Source: an uncultured Flavobacteriaceae bacterium (GTDB taxonomy: Bacteria > Bacteroidota > Bacteroidia > Flavobacteriales > Flavobacteriaceae). From it: a DNA stretch of 64,000 bases. The notes below the pieces were generated by a model. That model ran no database searches. It was not told where the DNA came from and was given only the letters and a program-made list of their open reading frames with translations. Location of the stretch: assembly GCA_964437815.1 (NCBI GenBank), contig CAYTIE010000004.1, forward strand, positions 110-64,109. The letters are read 5' to 3'. The translations under genes were made by a program, and so were the position numbers. This document shows positions 1 through 8,973 of this stretch, one piece after another. Every line of letters begins with the position of its first letter. Position 1 is the first letter of the stretch.

Positions 1-31
1 AAGCAAAAATCCAAAATAATTATTAATTATT

Positions 32-919
32 CTACTTTGCTCTTGGATGAGTTTTCTGAAAAACTTCCTTTATTTTTTCCATACTGGTATGACTATAGAT
101 TTGGGTTGCCGATAAACTAGCATGACCTAAAAGCTCCTTAACAGAGTTAATGTCTGCACCCTCGTTTATTAAATGAGTTGCAAAACTATGTCTTAATACA
201 TGTGGTGCTTTTTTAGTTTTGGAAGAAACTAATTTGAAATATTCTGAGACAGTTCTATAGACATATTTTTCAGATAATTTAAATCCTTTATTAGATTGAA
301 AAACTAAATCATATTCCAGTTTAGGAATGATATTATTTCTTTCAGATATATATTCTACTAGAAGATTTTTGATTTTTGGTAAAAGGGGAATTATTCTTTC
401 CTTATTCCTCTTTCCTAAAACTTTTACTACTCCTGACTTTAAATCAAGATTACTTTCTTTTAATTCTATAAGTTCAACCCTCCTAACTCCTGTGAAATAA
501 AAAAATGAAATAATTGTTTTTTGAAGTAAACCTTTATAGGAATCAGGAAAATAGTCACTATCTAACAAGGAAGAAATTTCTTCTTTAGAGAAGGGAACCT
601 GTATTTTCTTTTTCTGCTTTAAAGGCATATGCTGATCTAAAGGAGATATTTTTATTGAATCTGTTTTTATCAAAAACTTAAAAAATGATTTAAGAGATGA
701 TATTTTTCTATTAACTGTTCTATTAGAATTACCAATATTAACCAATTCTACTATCCAAGATCTTATTATTGAATAATTGGATTCTTCAATATTTATATTA
801 TCGAAATTGGACTTTGAAAAATTTTCAAAATCTTTTAAATCTTTATAATAAGCATTAATTGTATTTGGAGAATATGATTTCTCAAGACTTAAATAATCTA
901 TAAATTTATCAATTAGCAT
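32..919 (-). CDS. Tyrosine-type site-specific recombinase, XerC/XerD family
   Basis: 295 aa. The N-terminal SAM-like core-binding region begins [27 protein letters not shown]. The C-terminal catalytic motifs are [11 protein letters not shown] ... [15 protein letters not shown]. It lies next to rpsU, as is common in Bacteroidota. Confidence 0.85.
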   Translation of the reverse strand: MLIDKFIDYLSLEKSYSPNTINAYYKDLKDFENFSKSNFDNINIEESNYSIIRSWIVELVNIGNSNRTVNRKISSLKSFFKFLIKTDSIKISPLDQHMPLKQKKKIQVPFSKEEISSLLDSDYFPDSYKGLLQKTIISFFYFTGVRRVELIELKESNLDLKSGVVKVLGKRNKERIIPLLPKIKNLLVEYISERNNIIPKLEYDLVFQSNKGFKLSEKYVYRTVSEYFKLVSSKTKKAPHVLRHSFATHLINEGADINSVKELLGHASLSATQIYSHTSMEKIKEVFQKTHPRAK

Positions 920-960
920 CTACATCAAAGTTACGATGTATTTCAAAAAGTTTAAGGTAA

Positions 961-1155
961 TTAAAGGTTTTCTTGATCTTTAAGTTTTTGAACATAACGA
1001 GCTTTAAGAATCTTTGCTCTGTTTTCAATAGATGGTTTAACAAATTGCTTTCTTTCTCTAAGAGATCTCATAACACCAGTCTTATCAAACTTACGTTTAA
1101 ATCTCTTAAGAGCTTTATCTATATTTTCACCATCTTTAATAGGTATAATTAGCAT
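961..1155 (-). CDS. rpsU: 30S ribosomal protein S21
   Basis: 64 aa, basic, with typical S21 sequence (ENIDKALKRFKRKFDKTGVMRSLRERKQFVKPS). Confidence 0.9.
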   Translation of the reverse strand: MLIIPIKDGENIDKALKRFKRKFDKTGVMRSLRERKQFVKPSIENRAKILKARYVQKLKDQENL

Positions 1156-1198
1156 TATCTTCTATTTTGGTGGCAAATATAAAGAATTGTATTGAATC

Positions 1199-2701
1199 TT
1201 AGCTAGATTTTTTTGCTGAAATTGCATTAACATACTTTTGAAGCTCTTCTTTAACTTTTGGGAATAATATAAATAAACCTATCATATTTGGAAAAACCAA
1301 AGCAAGAATCATTGCATCAGAAAATGCCCATACAGATGACATATCCCCTGCAGCACCTATAACTATAAATATTAAGAATAGAATTTTATATGTTAGATCT
1401 GAAACTTTTCCTTTTCCAAACACATACACCCAAGACTGAAGTCCATAGTAGGACCATGAAATCATAGTAGAAAGAGCAAATAAAACAACTGCTAAAGCTA
1501 AAAATGGACCAGAAAAAGAAATATATTCAGAAAAAGCTGCAGATGTCAAGCCAGCACCTTCTAACTCTTGACCTCTTACCATAACAGCTGTTGATCCTTC
1601 AACAAGGTTTCCATAAGTAAATAAGCTATTATCACCATTAAATATTATAATAACAAGGGCTGTCATTGTACAAATCACAACTGTATCAATAAATGGCTCA
1701 AGTAAAGCAACTAATCCTTCTGAAGCAGGATAACTTGTAATAACTGCTGAGTGAGCTATAGAAGCAGAACCAGCTCCTGCTTCATTTGAAAATGCTCCTC
1801 TTCTAAACCCTTGAACTAAAACACCTATAAATCCACCAACAGCAGCAGTGGGGGCAAAAGCCTGATTAATAATCATTGCAAAAGCATCATCAACAACTGA
1901 TAAATTAGAAAAAATAATATATAGACAGGCGAGGACATACATAACTGCCATAAATGGTACAATTTTTTCAGTAACAGAAGCTATTCGTTTTATTCCTCCA
2001 ATTATAATTACACCAACCACTATCATCATTATTATTCCAATAATAGTCCTAGCACCACCACCGCTAATACCAAAAAGACTAACCATTTGCAAAGCAGCTT
2101 GATTTGACTGTGCAGCATTTCCACCACCAAAGGAAGCCCCTATACATAAAATCGCAAAAATTACAGCAAGTGTCTTTCCTAATTTTGCAAAACCCTTTTC
2201 TTTTAAACCTTTTGATAAATAATACATTGGACCACCATAAACTGTTCCATCTGAACCAACATCCCTATACTTAACTCCAAGTGTACACTCTACAAACTTT
2301 GTTGACATTCCAATCAATCCACATAAAATCATCCAAAAAGTAGCACCAGGACCTCCGATTGCAATAGCCATTGCAACACCAGCAATATTACCATTTCCAA
2401 CTGTACCTGAAACAGCAGTAGCTAAGGCTTGAAAATGACTAACTTCTCCATTATTAGATCTTTCTTGATCAAGGTCATCATATCTTCCCATTACCGTTTT
2501 AACTGAAAGTCCAAAACCTCTTATATTAATAAAACCAAAGTAAAATGTAAAAAATATAGCTCCACCAACTAATAATAAAATTATAGTTGGAATTCCTGTA
2601 CCAAAAAATTCATGTAAAATAAGTCCTTCCCAAAAACTTGATATAGGCTGGAATGCTTCATTTATTCTTTCATCTAATCCAATCTTATCTTGTATTTCCA
2701 T
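1199..2701 (-). CDS. Alanine/glycine:cation (Na+) symporter, AGCS family
   Basis: 500 aa polytopic membrane protein. AGCS-like blocks are present (GEVSHFQALATAVSGTVGNGNIAGVA, FRRGAFSNEAGAGSASIAHSA). Confidence 0.85.
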   Translation of the reverse strand: MEIQDKIGLDERINEAFQPISSFWEGLILHEFFGTGIPTIILLLVGGAIFFTFYFGFINIRGFGLSVKTVMGRYDDLDQERSNNGEVSHFQALATAVSGTVGNGNIAGVAMAIAIGGPGATFWMILCGLIGMSTKFVECTLGVKYRDVGSDGTVYGGPMYYLSKGLKEKGFAKLGKTLAVIFAILCIGASFGGGNAAQSNQAALQMVSLFGISGGGARTIIGIIMMIVVGVIIIGGIKRIASVTEKIVPFMAVMYVLACLYIIFSNLSVVDDAFAMIINQAFAPTAAVGGFIGVLVQGFRRGAFSNEAGAGSASIAHSAVITSYPASEGLVALLEPFIDTVVICTMTALVIIIFNGDNSLFTYGNLVEGSTAVMVRGQELEGAGLTSAAFSEYISFSGPFLALAVVLFALSTMISWSYYGLQSWVYVFGKGKVSDLTYKILFLIFIVIGAAGDMSSVWAFSDAMILALVFPNMIGLFILFPKVKEELQKYVNAISAKKSS

Positions 2702-2703
2702 AA

Positions 2704-2922
2704 TTATAAATCAAAAACTGTTTTTCTGTTAATTATTATTAAGTCTTTTATTTTGAAAAATAAAGCAAAGGTCAAATATAGAATAAATCCTAGGACAACA
2801 GTAAAAAAAGAAAGATAAATAAAAAACATTCTTATTTTTCTCGGGTATATGCCTATAGCCTGAGACATTCTTTGACAAACATTCATTCCATACTTTTCAA
2901 AAAATCTATATATTTTCTTCAT
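2704..2922 (-). CDS. PspC-domain small membrane protein
   Basis: 72 aa. GMNVCQRMSQAIGIYPRKIRMFFIYLSF followed by a TM helix resembles the PspC domain pattern. It is tightly coupled (2 nt) to the symporter gene. Confidence 0.5.
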   Translation of the reverse strand: MKKIYRFFEKYGMNVCQRMSQAIGIYPRKIRMFFIYLSFFTVVLGFILYLTFALFFKIKDLIIINRKTVFDL

Positions 2923-2925
2923 TTA

Positions 2926-3240
2926 TTAATCTTGAGCTAATGGTCCACTCCATTCAGAAATCCCTCCTAATAGATTGTAAACATTAGTAATTCCAAATGT
3001 TTTCATTATTTGACATGCTTGAACACTTCTAACTCCTGAATGACAATAAACATAATAGTTTAAGTCTTTATTAAGATTTTCTATACCCTCTAAAAAACTT
3101 TTAGGGTTTTTAATGTCAATTAAGGTTGAATTAGGTATATGAGATTCATCATATTCCTCTTGAGTTCTTACGTCAAGAAGAAATGCCTTATCATCATTTT
3201 CTAACTTTTGTGATAACTCTTGTTGATTTAAATCTATCAT
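2926..3240 (-). CDS. Rhodanese-domain sulfurtransferase (single domain)
   Basis: Rhodanese fold with active-site loop YCHSGVRS and LLDVRTQEEYDESHIP. I trimmed the start to the internal ATG (MIDLNQQ...). The longer 166-aa ORF extension has no rhodanese similarity and overlaps the trp leader region. Confidence 0.75.
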   Translation of the reverse strand: MIDLNQQELSQKLENDDKAFLLDVRTQEEYDESHIPNSTLIDIKNPKSFLEGIENLNKDLNYYVYCHSGVRSVQACQIMKTFGITNVYNLLGGISEWSGPLAQD

Positions 3241-3300
3241 TTGAAATTTTTTCGAATTTAATTTAAAATTATTAATAAAATAAGTTTCATTTAACAAAAT

Positions 3301-3331
3301 TTTGCATGAGTGCTTTATTATTCTATATTTG
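3301..3331 (+). promoter_or_regulatory. Bacteroidota-type sigma-A promoter for the trp leader/operon (TTTG -33, TATATTTG -7)
   Basis: TTTG at 3301-3304, a 19-nt spacer, then TATATTTG at 3324-3331. This matches the TTTG / TAnnTTTG consensus described for Bacteroides and Flavobacterium promoters. Confidence 0.4.
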
Positions 3332-3336
3332 TAGCA

Positions 3337-3378
3337 ATGAAAACTAATAATTTTGTTTGGTGGATTGGGAATAGTTAA
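3337..3378 (+). CDS. trpL: Trp operon leader peptide, 13 codons with tandem Trp codons (MKTNNFVWWIGNS)
   Basis: The ORF is ATG AAA ACT AAT AAT TTT GTT TGG TGG ATT GGG AAT AGT TAA. TGG TGG sits at 3358-3363. It lies between the promoter-like element and an intrinsic terminator, immediately upstream of trpE. Confidence 0.6.
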   Translation: MKTNNFVWWIGNS

Positions 3379-3415
3379 CTGTTCGTGAATTAACCATACA
3401 TTATTTATTATATAG

Positions 3416-3442
3416 GCTTGTCTCACGACAAGCTTTTTTTTT
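3416..3442 (+). terminator. Intrinsic terminator acting as the trp attenuator
   Basis: GCTTGTC (3416-3422), loop TCAC, GACAAGC (3427-3433), then nine consecutive T (3434-3442). It ends 6 nt before the trpE ATG. There is no upstream + strand gene that it could terminate. Confidence 0.7.
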
Positions 3443-3448
3443 GCAGTT

Positions 3449-4852
3449 ATGAGAAAATATAAATTAAATAGTTATCATAAGAAGATTATAGCTGATACTA
3501 TAACTCCTGTTGAAGTTTATCTTAAAATAAGGGATGTTTTTCCTAATAGCTTATTACTTGAAAGTAGTGATTACAGGTCTTCAAACAATAACTTCTCTTT
3601 TATATGTTTTAATGAAATCGGATCTATAAAGATCAAGGATTTTGTTTTAGAAGAAAAATTTCCAGATGGAAAGATCTCATCAGAAAAATTAAAACAAAGT
3701 CTAAATATCCCTGACATCATTCATAAATATTTAGACAACTTCGATATAGATCAGAATGAACATACATTTGTAAATAATGGGTTATTTGGTTTTGTTTCTC
3801 ATGAGGCTATAAAATATTTTGAAAATATTTCCTTGTCTGAAGATAAAGAAGACCTTAATATCCCCGATATATTTTATGGGTTATATCAAAATATAATAGC
3901 TATTAGCTTATATAATCATGAGGCTCATATTTTTTGTAATTCATTTGATAAAGAAAATAATCTAGAAACTATTGAAAATATATTAATTTCTAAAAGCTAC
4001 CCTGTTTTTGGCTATAATAATATTGGAAAAAAAACTTCAGATATATCAGATAATGATTTCATAGAGTATGTGAATAAAGCAAAAGCTCATTGTAAAAGGG
4101 GAGATGTATTTCAACTAGTTCTATCAAGAAGGTTTAAGCAAAAATTTGAAGGTGATGAATTTAATGTATACAGGTCTTTAAGATCTATAAACCCTTCACC
4201 ATACCTATTCTTTTTTGATTACGGTGATTTTAAAATATTCGGAAGTTCCCCTGAAGCTCAGATTATAATAAATGATGGAATAGCAGAAATTCACCCTATT
4301 GCAGGAACTTTTAAAAGAACTGGTAACGATATAAATGATAAGAAAATTGCAGAAGATTTGTTTAAAGATCCTAAAGAGAATTCAGAACATGTTATGTTAG
4401 TTGATCTTGCAAGAAATGATCTAGGAAGAAATGGGAATAATGTTAAAGTTGAAAAAAATAAAGAAATCCAATTTTATTCACATGTAATTCATTTGGTTTC
4501 AAAGGTTACCGCTAGATTAAAAAAGAACACTAAATCTTTTCAAGTTGTTGCTGATACATTTCCTGCAGGAACATTAAGTGGAGCTCCAAAACATATGGCA
4601 CTTAAATTAATTGATAAATATGAAAAAGTTAATAGAAACTTTTATGGTGGAGCTATAGGTTATATTGATTTTAAAGGAAATTTTAATCATGCAATTATTA
4701 TTAGATCTTTTTTAAGTCAAAACAACATATTAAATTATCAAGCTGGTGCAGGTATTGTTATTGATTCCCAGCCTGAAAAAGAGCTACAAGAAGTTTATAA
4801 TAAACTAGGTGCTCTAGATAAAGCTTTAAAAAATGCAGAATTAATAAAATGA
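3449..4852 (+). CDS. trpE: Anthranilate synthase component I
   Basis: 467 aa. Motifs LVDLARNDLGR and FPAGTLSGAPK, with chorismate-binding C-terminal domain similarity. Confidence 0.95.
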   Translation: MRKYKLNSYHKKIIADTITPVEVYLKIRDVFPNSLLLESSDYRSSNNNFSFICFNEIGSIKIKDFVLEEKFPDGKISSEKLKQSLNIPDIIHKYLDNFDIDQNEHTFVNNGLFGFVSHEAIKYFENISLSEDKEDLNIPDIFYGLYQNIIAISLYNHEAHIFCNSFDKENNLETIENILISKSYPVFGYNNIGKKTSDISDNDFIEYVNKAKAHCKRGDVFQLVLSRRFKQKFEGDEFNVYRSLRSINPSPYLFFFDYGDFKIFGSSPEAQIIINDGIAEIHPIAGTFKRTGNDINDKKIAEDLFKDPKENSEHVMLVDLARNDLGRNGNNVKVEKNKEIQFYSHVIHLVSKVTARLKKNTKSFQVVADTFPAGTLSGAPKHMALKLIDKYEKVNRNFYGGAIGYIDFKGNFNHAIIIRSFLSQNNILNYQAGAGIVIDSQPEKELQEVYNKLGALDKALKNAELIK

Positions 4853-5415
4853 AAAAAGTATTTCTTATAGACAATTATGATTCATTTACTTATAACCTTG
4901 TGTCTTATTTAGAAGAGCTAAATTGTAAGGTACTAGTTAGACGTAATGATAATATAGATATTAAGGAAATTGATGGTTATGAGAATATAGTAATCTCTCC
5001 TGGACCAGGAATTCCTAGTGAATCAGGAGATTTAAAAGAAGTTATTTTAAAGTATTCTCAATCAAAAAACTTTTTAGGAGTCTGTCTTGGACAACAAGCT
5101 ATAGCTGAAGTATTTGGAGGAGAAATTGAAAATCTAGATACTGTTTACCATGGAGTTGCAACGGAAATTGAAATTATAAAAGATGATTATATATTTTCAA
5201 ATATTCCTAAAATGATTTCTGTTGGAAGATATCATTCATGGATAGTAAAACACCCATTACCAGATGATTTAGAAGCTACATCATTTGATAAAAATGGAAA
5301 CATCATGTCTTTAAGACATAAAAAATATAATATAAGAGGAGTTCAATTCCATCCAGAGTCAATTCTTACTCCAAATGGAAAAGAAATTCTAAAAAATTGG
5401 GTAAATAATTCATGA
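4849..5415 (+). CDS. trpG: Anthranilate synthase component II (glutamine amidotransferase)
   Basis: 188 aa class-I GATase. GVCLGQQ (Cys nucleophile) and VQFHPES (His/Glu). 4-nt overlap with trpE. Confidence 0.93.
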   Translation: MKKVFLIDNYDSFTYNLVSYLEELNCKVLVRRNDNIDIKEIDGYENIVISPGPGIPSESGDLKEVILKYSQSKNFLGVCLGQQAIAEVFGGEIENLDTVYHGVATEIEIIKDDYIFSNIPKMISVGRYHSWIVKHPLPDDLEATSFDKNGNIMSLRHKKYNIRGVQFHPESILTPNGKEILKNWVNNS

Positions 5416-6404
5416 AAAATATTTTAAACAGACTAACAAAATATCAAACACTCTCTAAAGAGGAATCAAAACAACTTATTATTGATATCTCCGAAGGAAA
5501 ACTTAATAATAGTCAAATATCAAGTTTTTTGACTGTCTATATGATGAGAAATATAACGCTTGATGAGTTGGAAGGTTTCAGAGAAGTACTTCTTGATCTC
5601 TGTATACATATAGATTTAAATCAGTTTGATGCAATAGATCTTTGTGGAACAGGAGGTGATGAAAAAGACACTTTTAATATTTCAACCTTAGCTTCATTTG
5701 TAACTGCTGGAGCAGGTGTTAATGTAGCAAAACATGGAAATTATGGAGTTTCTTCAGGATGTGGCTCAAGTAATGTATTAGAACATCTTGGAATTAAATT
5801 TACAAACAATGAAAACAAACTTCAGGAGTCTATAGATAAATCTGGAATTTGTTTTCTCCATGCTCCTTTATTTCATCCTGCAATGAAAAATGTTGCTCAT
5901 GTTAGGAAAGAACTGGGTTTAAAAACAATCTTTAATATCTTAGGACCATTAGTTAATCCTTCTGAACCAACTAAGCAAATTGTAGGGGTTTTCAACCTTA
6001 AACTTGCTAGAACTTATAATTACTTTTTCCAGAAAACTAAAAAGAAATTTGCTGTTATCTATTCATTAGATGGATATGATGAAATATCATTGACCGGAGA
6101 TGCCAAAATATATAATAATCAAAAAGAATTTATTTTAAAACCTGAGCAACTTGGATTGCTTCCAATTAATGCAAATGATATAATTGGAGGTAATGATGTT
6201 GATTCTTCAGCAAAAATTTTCATGAATATTTTAAATAATAATGCCACAGAGCATCAAAAAAATGTTGTTTGTTGTAATGCTGCAATGGCAATTTCAACAT
6301 CTAAAAATATCAGTTTAATTGATGCTTTTAACCTTGCAAAAGAATCAATTGATTCTAAAAGTGCATTAAAGGCATTTGAATCACTTAAAAAAATAAACCA
6401 ATGA
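5412..6404 (+). CDS. trpD: Anthranilate phosphoribosyltransferase
   Basis: 330 aa. DLCGTGGDEKDTFNIST and KHGNYGVSS motifs. 4-nt overlap with trpG. Confidence 0.93.
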   Translation: MKNILNRLTKYQTLSKEESKQLIIDISEGKLNNSQISSFLTVYMMRNITLDELEGFREVLLDLCIHIDLNQFDAIDLCGTGGDEKDTFNISTLASFVTAGAGVNVAKHGNYGVSSGCGSSNVLEHLGIKFTNNENKLQESIDKSGICFLHAPLFHPAMKNVAHVRKELGLKTIFNILGPLVNPSEPTKQIVGVFNLKLARTYNYFFQKTKKKFAVIYSLDGYDEISLTGDAKIYNNQKEFILKPEQLGLLPINANDIIGGNDVDSSAKIFMNILNNNATEHQKNVVCCNAAMAISTSKNISLIDAFNLAKESIDSKSALKAFESLKKINQ

Positions 6405-7192
6405 ATATTCTAAGTGAAATTGTAAAAAATAAAAAAAATGAATTGATACCTCAAGAGATTAATCATACGATTAAGGAATTGGAAGAAAGTGAGTATTTTA
6501 AAATAGACTGTAAATCTCTTAAAAGTTCAATTTTATCAAGTAAATCGGGTATTATTTGTGAATTTAAAAGAAGATCACCTTCAAATGAAAATATTAATTA
6601 TAAATCCAGTATATCTAAAGTTGTCTCAGGATACCAAAAAGCTGGAGCTGCGGGTTTATCAATATTAACCAATAAAGGATATTTTGATGGAGATATTGAA
6701 GATATAGTTAATATTAGGGATATTTCAAATATTCCAATTTTAAGAAAAGAATTTATAATAAGTGAATATCAAATAATCGAGGCAAAATCGATTGGCTCAG
6801 ATGCTATACTATTAATTGCATCAATTTTATCAAATCAAGAAATTTTAACCTTTAGTTCATTAGCAAAAAGCCTGGGTCTTGAAGTTTTACTAGAAATTCA
6901 TTCTGCTGATGAGTTAAATAAAATTTCAAGCAATAACATTGATGTAATTGGAGTTAATAACAGAAATCTTGACACTTTAGAAATAGATCTAAACAATAGT
7001 ATCGAACTATATGATAAGCTCCCTAACGAATTTGTTAAGATATCTGAAAGTGGAATCAGTAAAGTGGAATCAATTTTAAAACTAAAGGAAATTGGTTTCG
7101 ATGGATTTTTAATTGGTGAGAAATTTATGAAAACTACTAATCCAATGGAATCAGCCTATGATTTTATTAAAAAGGTTGAAGATGAAATTTAA
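6401..7192 (+). CDS. trpC: Indole-3-glycerol-phosphate synthase
   Basis: 263 aa. CEFKRRSPS, LRKEFI and GVNNRNL motifs. 4-nt overlap with trpD. Confidence 0.92.
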   Translation: MNILSEIVKNKKNELIPQEINHTIKELEESEYFKIDCKSLKSSILSSKSGIICEFKRRSPSNENINYKSSISKVVSGYQKAGAAGLSILTNKGYFDGDIEDIVNIRDISNIPILRKEFIISEYQIIEAKSIGSDAILLIASILSNQEILTFSSLAKSLGLEVLLEIHSADELNKISSNNIDVIGVNNRNLDTLEIDLNNSIELYDKLPNEFVKISESGISKVESILKLKEIGFDGFLIGEKFMKTTNPMESAYDFIKKVEDEI

Positions 7193-7808
7193 AGTTTGCG
7201 GATTATTTAACAATAAAAATATTCAGGAAGTTTCGGAATTAAATCCTGATTACATAGGTCACATTTTTTGGAAAAAATCTATTAGATATGTAAAAGATTC
7301 AACTCCAAGATTAAAAAAAGGAATAAAAAAGACAGGTGTTTTCTTTAACTCAAGTATTGAATATGTATATAATAAAATTGAAGATCATGGACTTAAATGT
7401 GTTCAATTGCATGGTAAAGAGTCACCTGAATTTTGCAAAGAAATTAGAGACAATGGAATTGAAGTAATTAAATCCTTTAGAGTAGATGATTATTTTGATT
7501 TTAATATTTTAAAAAAATATAAAGATCATAGTGATTTATTTTTATTTGACTCAAAGTCAAAACTTCCTGGTGGTTCTGGTAAATCATTTAACTGGGAGAA
7601 TTTAAAAAAATATAATTTGGAAAAGGAGTTTTTTATTAGTGGAGGGATTGGGTTACACTCTGTTGAATCACTTTCTAAATTATTTGATATGGATTTACCA
7701 TTATATGGTATTGATGTAAATAGTAAATTTGAAAACGAAAATCACCTAAAAAAAATTCAAGAATTAAAAACTTTTATAGAAATAATAAAAAATGAAATAT
7801 ACAGTTGA
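7182..7808 (+). CDS. trpF: Phosphoribosylanthranilate isomerase
   Basis: The MKFKVCGL... start is typical of PRAI. I prefer the ATG at 7182 to the longer ORF start at 7158. It overlaps the trpC end by 11 nt. Confidence 0.88.
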   Translation: MKFKVCGLFNNKNIQEVSELNPDYIGHIFWKKSIRYVKDSTPRLKKGIKKTGVFFNSSIEYVYNKIEDHGLKCVQLHGKESPEFCKEIRDNGIEVIKSFRVDDYFDFNILKKYKDHSDLFLFDSKSKLPGGSGKSFNWENLKKYNLEKEFFISGGIGLHSVESLSKLFDMDLPLYGIDVNSKFENENHLKKIQELKTFIEIIKNEIYS

Positions 7809-8973
7809 TAATAAAGGATTTTATGGAAACTATGGCGGTGCTTTTGTACCTGAGATGCTTTTTCCTAACCTTGATGAATTAGAGAAAAATTATAATAAGA
7901 TAATCAATGACAAAGATTTTCAAAATGATTATAATAATCTTTTGAAGGACTATGTAGGTAGACCTACTCCACTTTATTTTGCTGAAAGAATGTCACATAA
8001 GCATAAATGTAAAATTTATCTCAAAAGAGAAGATTTATGTCATACTGGTGCACATAAAATTAATAATACAATAGGTCAAATCCTACTAGCTAAAAGATTA
8101 GGAAAAAAAAGAATTATTGCTGAAACTGGTGCTGGTCAGCATGGTGTTGCGACTGCAACAGTTTGTGCCTTGGCTGGCATTGAATGTGTAATATATATGG
8201 GAGCTGTTGACATCAAAAGGCAGGCTCCTAATGTAGCTAGAATGAAAATGTTAGGGGCAAGTGTTGTTGCAGTAGAATCTGGGAGTAAGACACTTAAAGA
8301 TGCAACAAATGAAGCAATTAGAGATTGGATTAATAATCCTATTACCACACATTATATTATTGGATCAGTAGTTGGACCTCATCCTTATCCTGATATGGTG
8401 GCAAAATTTCAATCTGTAGTTTCTAAAGAAATTAAATCTCAATTATTGGAAAAAGAAGGCACTGAAAATCCAAATTACCTAATAGCTAATATTGGAGGTG
8501 GAAGTAATGCAGCTGGATTATATTATCATTATTTAGAAGATCAAAACGTAAAAATAATTTCAGTTGAGGCAGCAGGAGAAGGTGTTGAATCTGGTAAAAG
8601 TGCTGCTACCTCAGTCCTAGGAAAAACAGGAATTATTCATGGAAGTAAAACTCTTTTAATGCAGACTAACGATGGTCAAATAATTGAACCCTACTCCATA
8701 TCAGCTGGATTAGATTATCCAGGAGTTGGCCCTCTTCACGCACATTTATTGGAAAGTAAAAGAGCAGAATTTATGTCTATTACTGATAATGATGCTATGC
8801 TTGCAGGATTAGAAGTTTCAAAACTTGAAGGTATAATTCCTGCGATAGAAACAGCGCATGCTTTTGCAGCATTTAATTATTTAGATTTTAAAGCTGATGA
8901 CATTATTGTAGTTAATTTTTCAGGAAGAGGAGATAAAGACTTGAACACATATATTGAATATTTTAATTTATGA
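7792..8973 (+). CDS. trpB: Tryptophan synthase beta chain
   Basis: 393 aa. HTGAHKINN (PLP lysine) and GGGSNAAG motifs. Confidence 0.96.
   Translation: MKYTVDNKGFYGNYGGAFVPEMLFPNLDELEKNYNKIINDKDFQNDYNNLLKDYVGRPTPLYFAERMSHKHKCKIYLKREDLCHTGAHKINNTIGQILLAKRLGKKRIIAETGAGQHGVATATVCALAGIECVIYMGAVDIKRQAPNVARMKMLGASVVAVESGSKTLKDATNEAIRDWINNPITTHYIIGSVVGPHPYPDMVAKFQSVVSKEIKSQLLEKEGTENPNYLIANIGGGSNAAGLYYHYLEDQNVKIISVEAAGEGVESGKSAATSVLGKTGIIHGSKTLLMQTNDGQIIEPYSISAGLDYPGVGPLHAHLLESKRAEFMSITDNDAMLAGLEVSKLEGIIPAIETAHAFAAFNYLDFKADDIIVVNFSGRGDKDLNTYIEYFNL

Noticed and set aside
1174-1181. TATATTTG (TAnnTTTG) -7-like box on the minus strand, 18 nt upstream of the rpsU ATG.
   Set aside because: There is no TTTG/TTG -33 partner at the expected 19-21 nt spacing. 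An 8-mer of this composition is expected by chance fairly often in DNA this AT-rich. I kept it as a note only, not as a feature.
3241-3426. N-terminal 62-aa extension of the rhodanese ORF (tracked as 2926..3426, 166 aa).
   Set aside because: The extension (MRQAYIINNVWLIHEQ...) has no rhodanese similarity and is low-complexity AT-driven sequence. It would run antisense through the trp promoter, leader ORF and half of the terminator. The internal ATG at 3240 gives a normal single-domain rhodanese.
7158-7181. Longer trpF start (MILLKRLK...), and similarly the long start of the ATL gene (24256..24372) and the GTG start of the DUF3098 gene (36000).
   Set aside because: The extensions overlap the preceding gene substantially and add non-conserved residues. 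Internal ATGs give N termini that match the family pattern (MKFKVCGL, MVEDDFYKKVY, MDNKNRNKKF).
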